A stretch of DNA of 63,774 nt, the filler included, from Thraustochytrium aureum (lineage: Eukaryota): the NCBI GenBank assembly GCA_012862495.1. It is 5 parts of 2 records of this genome, joined end to end, with 100 filler letters (N's around TTAATTAATTAA, not from the genome) between each part and the next. Parts side by side here need not be neighbours in the genome. Positions count along the whole stretch, not along the records: positions 56,668 to 62,597 come from BLSG01000216.1; positions 62,698 to 63,774 come from BLSG01000228.1; 3 more parts are not named here. One strand, written 5' to 3'. This document shows, piece after piece, positions 58,237 through 63,774 of this stretch (position 1 is its first letter; the number at the start of each line of letters is the position of its first letter). The position numbers and the translations under genes were made by a program. A model generated the notes under the pieces. The model saw only the letters and a list, made by a program, of their open reading frames with translations. It made no database searches and was not told the DNA's origin.

Positions 58237-59030
58237 NNNNNNNNNNNNNNNNNNNNNNNNNNNNNNNNNNNNNNNNNNNNNNNNNNNNNNNNNNNNNNNN
58301 NNNNNNNNNNNNNNNNNNNNNNNNNNNNNNNNNNNNNNNNNNNNNNNNNNNNNNNNNNNNNNNNNNNNNNNNNNNNNNNNNNNNNNNNNNNNNNNNNNNN
58401 NNNNNNNNNNNNNNNNNNNNNNNNNNNNNNNNNNNNNNNNNNNNNNNNNNNNNNNNNNNNNNNNNNNNNNNNNNNNNNNNNNNNNNNNNNNNNNNNNNNN
58501 NNNNNNNNNNNNNNNNNNNNNNNNNNNNNNNNNNNNNNNNNNNNNNNNNNNNNNNNNNNNNNNNNNNNNNNNNNNNNNNNNNNNNNNNNNNNNNNNNNNN
58601 NNNNNNNNNNNNNNNNNNNNNNNNNNNNNNNNNNNNNNNNNNNNNNNNNNNNNNNNNNNNNNNNNNNNNNNNNNNNNNNNNNNNNNNNNNNNNNNNNNNN
58701 NNNNNNNNNNNNNNNNNNNNNNNNNNNNNNNNNNNNNNNNNNNNNNNNNNNNNNNNNNNNNNNNNNNNNNNNNNNNNNNNNNNNNNNNNNNNNNNNNNNN
58801 NNNNNNNNNNNNNNNNNNNNNNNNNNNNNNNNNNNNNNNNNNNNNNNNNNNNNNNNNNNNNNNNNNNNNNNNNNNNNNNNNNNNNNNNNNNNNNNNNNNN
58901 NNNNNNNNNNNNNNNNNNNNNNNNNNNNNNNNNNNNNNNNNNNNNNNNNNNNNNNNNNNNNNNNNNNNNNNNNNNNNNNNNNNNNNNNNNNNNNNNNNNN
59001 NNNNNNNNNNNNNNNNNNNNNNNNNNNNNN

Positions 59031-60885
59031 ACGAGCAGAGCCGATGGTGGAGGCTGAAGAGGAGGGCTGCCGAGCGGCCTCGTGGGCAAAGCCGAAACGC
59101 TCCGTGAGGTTTGCAGAGGAAGCAGAAGTTGTGGACGCGACGGCTGATCTCGCGACGTTGCTCAGCGACCTCCAGCGGCTCGTCGAGGAAGTGGAGTCTG
59201 AAGCTCGCGCCGTCGAGCGGGCCTGCGGAGAATATGAACTCGCCATTGCGGCCAAGGATGTGCCTGATAGGCTGCGCCGCCGCGAGGAGGCGATCGCGCA
59301 GAGGGAGAGGAAACGAGTGCAAGAACGCGAACTCGCGCGGGTGCTGGAACTTGCGAGAGAAATCCGCCCTGCAGAAGACGCGGTCTCTGCGCGCCCTGCG
59401 AGCGCTTCAGGGGCTCGTGGCAACGCCGTGGAGCCTCCAGCGCCGCGGTCCGCAATTCGCTCGGCAGGCGAGCGCAGCTCTAGGCCGGCGCGAGAGCTAG
59501 CGCCGCGCCGCCAACGAGCAGGCGTTGCCGGCAGCAGCAGCGCTCGTTCAAACGGCGTATCTGCAGCGGCTGTCCGCGGTGCTCGTTCAAACGGCGTATC
59601 TGCAGCGGCTGTCCGCGGTGCTCGTGGAGTTGAGCGGTCCGGCTCTGACGCGGCGCCGAAAATCCGCGGAGTGGGCCAGCGGCTCCAGCGCCCAAGAGCG
59701 CCCGGCCGGAGGCAGACCCCCGCGGTGCCGGGGCCCAACGCGCCGTCGGCTGCCGGGCTTTCAGATTCAAGAGGCGGGAGCAAGCTCTCCACCACGGACG
59801 CGTCAGCAAAGGCCAAGCTTCCAACACCTCGCGGCACTGAGGGCAGCGACCAAGCCGCCCAACGAAAGCCCGCACAGGCAGAACACAGGCTGGACCCGGA
59901 CCAAATGGCCGCAGCGTTTCTATGGCGCCAAATACAAGCCCGGATCTCGGTAAGGAGTTTGGCGACGTGCCGGCTCCAGACACCACGTTCGCTTTGAGCG
60001 ACCGGCCGCCAAACTACTCCAAGTTGAGGCAGTCTCTGCTTCAGGAGCGCAAGCAGCTCGAGCAGGCTCGGCGTGAGTTTGTCAAGCAAGCAACAGCGGC
60101 TCTGCCTCAGCTCGAGCGCGCCGAGCCGCTCTTCGGTGGCGAAACTGGGCTTGACGAGGAAGCCAGCTCCTTGTCAGCGGCAACGCGCGAGCTCGAGGCA
60201 AAGTTTCAGGAAGTGCACGGCGCGTCGCCTATGCTAGAGTCTTTCGAAGACGTTGCCTACCGCGTGGCCTCCCGAGAAGCGCGAGGGCCGCGCTGGTCCT
60301 CAGGTTGCGCAGTCGCGTGCTGTGCTCGACGAGCTCTTCCCGGTCTGGTTCGCGAGCAACCTGTTGACGGACCAAAGCGCTGAGCTACGCAAGCGTGTCG
60401 CCGTCCTCGCTGCGAAAGAAAGCCAGCCCGCCGTCCGCGAGTCGCACTTGCACGCCGTCCAGCTGCGCTCGCGCCTGGTTCATGCAGCCAAGCGCAGCTT
60501 TAAGGCCAAGCAAGCGCCGACGCGTCAGCAGCTCGAGGCCCGCGTGTTGTCACTGTACAAAGACGAGATCAGTGCAATGGCGCAGCGCCACGTCTATGTC
60601 TGGGCAAGAGCGTGGCTGCAGTCCAAACTTGGGTCGAGGCTCGGGCGGGGTCGCCGACCGCGCAGCATTGCGCGACGCTGTCAGCGTGTTCCGTTTCGGC
60701 TGGGGCTCGCAGTTGTCGCTTTCCGGAGCAGCACGTTGCCACCTCGTTTTGAACGAGAGCGCGCAGGATCGCGACGCTGGTGCTCCATCGTGGCTTGCGG
60801 ATTGACCAACACGAGCGCTGGCAGGCAATCCGTCTCTTTGACGAAAAAACTGCTGCTCCATGTACTTACTCTAGCCTACGTTTGA
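59031..60885 (+). CDS. Hypothetical coiled-coil/low-complexity protein, 5'-partial, several indels
   Basis: Successive plus-strand ORFs ending at 59997, 60383 and 60885; helical N- and C-terminal parts. Confidence 0.45.
59542..59619 (+). repeat. Perfect in-frame 39-bp tandem duplication (ARSNGVSAAAVRG x2)
   Basis: gctcgttcaaacggcgtatctgcagcggctgtccgcggt repeated twice. Confidence 0.95.
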
Positions 60886-60945
60886 TTCGCGTTTGGCTGC
60901 CCGTCCCCGTGGGGATCGACACGTAGGGGGATCGTCACCGAGCAC

Positions 60946-62597
60946 ATGACTGACGATTACGATACGTACTCAGTATCATCATCATCGGAAGGCCGGCCGG
61001 CCGGCCACCACTCGCCAACTTTAGACTTTTGGTTGTCAACCGGCACGAACGGCGCTGGTCTGGGGGCTCTTCAGCGCGCGGCAGAGACGCCGGGACCGTC
61101 ACGAGCTGGCTTTCNNNNNNNNNNNNNNNNNNNNNNNNNNNNNNNNNNNNNNNNNNNNNNNNNNNNNNNNNNNNNNNNNNNNNNNNNNNNNNNNNNNNNN
61201 NNNNNNNNNNNNNNNNNNNNNNNNNNNNNNNNNNNNNNNNNNNNNNNNNNNNNNNNNNNNNNNNNNNNNNNNNNNNNNNNNNNNNNNNNNNNNNNNNNNN
61301 NNNNNNNNNNNNNNNNNNNNNNNNNNNNNNNNNNNNNNNNNNNNNNNNNNNNNNNNNNNNNNNNNNNNNNNNNNNNNNNNNNNNNNNNNNNNNNNNNNNN
61401 NNNNNNNNNNNNNNNNNNNNNNNNNNNNNNNTCTCAACTTCACAGGTCATTCATTCCGTTACCGGTACTCTCACTCACAGACATTTACTTACGTAAACGC
61501 CCAGCAGGCAGCGCGCAGAAGCTGATTGGGATGGCGCACGGCCTCCTCGTCGCGCCCACGAGCGCGCTGCTTGTGCTTTTTGCACAGGAGGTATGGGGCG
61601 ATCCGGCCTGGCAGGCGCACTGTGGCTTGCGGGACGCGCCAGCCGGGCGGCCGGCTGCCCCTGAGCGCGACAAAACGCTGGACATTGCACGCGCGTCCCG
61701 CAACCTTGCTGCACTCGTGTCCACCAAAGGGGGTCCTGTCGCACGGATTGCTGCTCCAGCCGCGCACGTCGTCATGCGCGACTTGCCAGTTCAACTGAGG
61801 GCTGGTGCAGAGGCGACCGTGCCAGGGCTCGGAGAGCTGCCGCATGTGTACGCGTGCGACATCGCGCAGCTCGAATCACTTGGCCCCGCTGCCATGTGCC
61901 GCGCCTTGCCGGGCCTGTGCGATTGGATCGAGCAGGTGGTGCTAGAGTCCGGCATCCGCCGCGTTGTGCTGGGCGGCGCGACCGTCACTAACGCTGTTTC
62001 CCGCGTGGCGAGCGGCCTCGACGAGCTGTACGGCAACGTGCAGGCCAAGCTGCGGGCCAAGTCTCGTGTGGACGGGCGTGCGCTCGCCCGGCTCGAGGTT
62101 GTTGTAGACCGCTCCATCTGCGGCGACCTCGAAGCGATGTGCGTGCCGCTTTGCGCAGGATGCTATGGCTCCTGGGAGCGGCATGGGTTTAGGCCGAGCC
62201 GCACATTGTGCGCCCACTCGGACCAAGCGCGGCGCAGCGCGGTGCAGGTCGCACTTGATCGCTTGGTTGACCGTGGTGTGCAAGTGGTGGACGCCTTTGA
62301 CTGGGCAAGCTCGAGCGTGTGGGAAGCCGCAGAGGCGCGGCTGGACGAAATCCCGACACAGTTCGGCAACAAGAGCTGCGCGGTTGGCGCCGACGAAGCC
62401 AGCGCTTCGCCAGTCGACGAAATACTTGAGCGGATCGAGCGCCACGCGATGGCTCACGCCGAGCGCGAGCAGCGCCGGGTCGCCCTGTCGGCGAAAACTG
62501 TGGAGGCGCGCGGGAGGGCGCGCGCCAAGTTGGCCGCTTGGGACGCGATGGCGATGGCAGACGGCGAGGCGCGCGCTCTGCGTGCACAGGACCAGCT
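60946..62597 (+). CDS. Hypothetical protein with an isochorismatase/cysteine-hydrolase-like fold; gap 61115-61431, 3'-partial
   Basis: SALLVLFAQEVW (cf. tALLviDmQndF), GIRRVVLGGATVTNAV (cf. Gi..lvi.G..T..CV), EVVVDRSICGD, ALDRLVDRGVQVV. Confidence 0.5.
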
Positions 62598-62697
62598 NNN
62601 NNNNNNNNNNNNNNNNNNNNNNNNNNNNNNNNNNNNNNNNNTTAATTAATTAANNNNNNNNNNNNNNNNNNNNNNNNNNNNNNNNNNNNNNNNNNNN
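62598..62697. other. Artificial scaffold-joining spacer
   Basis: N44-TTAATTAATTAA-N44. Confidence 0.97.
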
Positions 62698-63278
62698 ACC
62701 GACACGCTCCAGGGCTCGATGCTCGAGATGGAGCCGCGCAGGCGGAGCACCTCGCGGGCGAGCATCCAGTAGATGAGGCCGATCGAGTGCTTGCCGCGGT
62801 TGTTGGCCGGGATGGCGACGTCCACGAAGCGGAGCGGCGAGTCGGAGTTGCAGATGGCGATGACCGGGATGTTGACGTACGAGGCCTCAATGACGGGCTG
62901 GGCGTCCATGCGCGGGTCGGTGACGATCAGCAGGCGCGGCTCCTTGAAGTTGCGCGTGATCTGGTTGGTGAAGGTACCCGGGGTGAACCGGCTGGCCAGG
63001 GGCTGGCACCCGGTGTAGTGGGAGAACTTGAGCACGGCGCGCTGGCCGTACGGGCGGGCCGAGACGGCGACGACGTCGCTCGGGTTCTCGATGGTCACGA
63101 TGATGCGCGCGGCCAGCTGGAGCTTCTCGAGGGTCTTGCCAATGTTGAGAATGTGCACGCCCTCGTTGTTGCGCCGCCAGATGTACGGGGTCATCTGGTG
63201 GTCCGAGTTGGTGGTGCCAATGTGGACCTTGGCGGCCAGCATCCGCTGGATGTCCTCCTCGCGCTGCGTAAGCGACAT
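62698..63278 (-). CDS. RPSA: 40S ribosomal protein SA (uS2), 3'-partial
   Basis: [76 protein letters not shown]. Confidence 0.99.
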
Positions 63279-63426
63279 CTTGCCTGTGCTTGTTGCAATC
63301 CTACTACCTGCTCCTGCTGCTCCTGCTGCTCTGCTGGTGCTGCTCGGCTGCTCTTTGCGCGACTGCCGCGCTTGGCCTCCTCCTTTCAGCTGCTAGCCAC
63401 TCGCGCTCTGGCCGACCCACTGCTCA

Positions 63427-63600
63427 AGGGTTAGGGCTTCCCAGCGGCGAGGCGAGGCACCTCTCGTCACACAAGATCCTGTGTGACGTGCATTTGGCGC
63501 CCGGCCTCCCTCGCGCGCGTGGCGAGCGGTCTTCGCGTGACGAGCGCTCCCTCGTCACACAGGCCCTCACGTAGCGAAGGCCTCGACACGATGGGCCCCA
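63427..63600. promoter_or_regulatory. Candidate RPSA promoter elements
   Basis: AGGGTTAGGG 63427-63436; inverted repeat CGTCACACA-N6-TGTGTGACG 63465-63488; further CGTCAC copies at ~63537 (reverse) and ~63553; TGGGCC 63592-63597. Confidence 0.5.
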
Positions 63601-63774
63601 CGTGATGAAGGCGTATGTTACAAAAGAGCGGTCGGTAGGTAACGCGGGAAGCAGCCCAGGAAGCAGCGGTGTGCTTGCGCGCAAAATGTAATTTACGTGC
63701 GGTGTGGAAGCCTACAAATCGTCGAGTGGAGGACAAGCAGAGCCCCGCCCGAAAGCAGGGCGGCCGCCGACGCG

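Noticed and set aside
53678..60089. Very long ORFs on the opposite strand or spanning gaps (53678-56182, 56791-59322, 57894-60089, and the 57757-59997 'fusion')
   Set aside because: Inflated by N runs and the scarcity of stops in GC-rich DNA; they are antisense shadows of real genes or join unrelated genes across gaps
23828..62697. Recurring TTAATTAATTAA palindrome as a biological element such as a transposon target or repeat
   Set aside because: Always centred in exactly 44+44 Ns and encodes stops in all six frames, so it is an assembly linker; gene neighbourhoods across it are meaningless

Overview
This is eukaryotic, GC-rich, gene-dense and intron-poor nuclear DNA from a draft assembly. 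The organism is probably a stramenopile protist, plausibly a thraustochytrid/labyrinthulomycete; this is an inference from gene content, three ~93-102 nt GTAAGT..AG introns and compact intergenic spacers. The window is not one locus: four artificial 100-nt spacers (N44-TTAATTAATTAA-N44) join five scaffolds (1-23827, 23928-43666, 43767-56567, 56668-62597, 62698-63774), and there are many internal N gaps. About 33 protein genes can be read. Many carry single-base indels at short homopolymer runs, most likely sequencing error. Recognisable genes are MCTS1, FTR1 iron permease, a FEA1/ISIP2a phytotransferrin-like protein, a tandem HCCA-isomerase/DsbA-like protein, acyl-protein thioesterase, PAM18, a WW-LRR protein, ABC1 kinase, a mitochondrial carrier, RPP30, a multi-EF-hand protein, DUF2828/vWA, FKBP, a cis-3-hydroxyproline dehydratase-like enolase, DNAJC17, TTC33, PCF11, M14 carboxypeptidase, a Dabb protein, NARFL/CIAO3, a Prx5-Grx fusion and RPSA. 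The best candidate for a new system is the head-to-head FTR1 and membrane-anchored phytotransferrin pair (5141-9038), where the phytotransferrin sits in the position a multicopper ferroxidase occupies in many fungal FTR1 loci. Also notable are bacterial-type enzymes carrying spliceosomal introns, a propeller plus multi-TM receptor-like orphan, and clustered TCACA-core promoter motifs. No rRNA, tRNA, CRISPR array or transposase was seen. All family calls come from motif recognition by eye; no searches were run.
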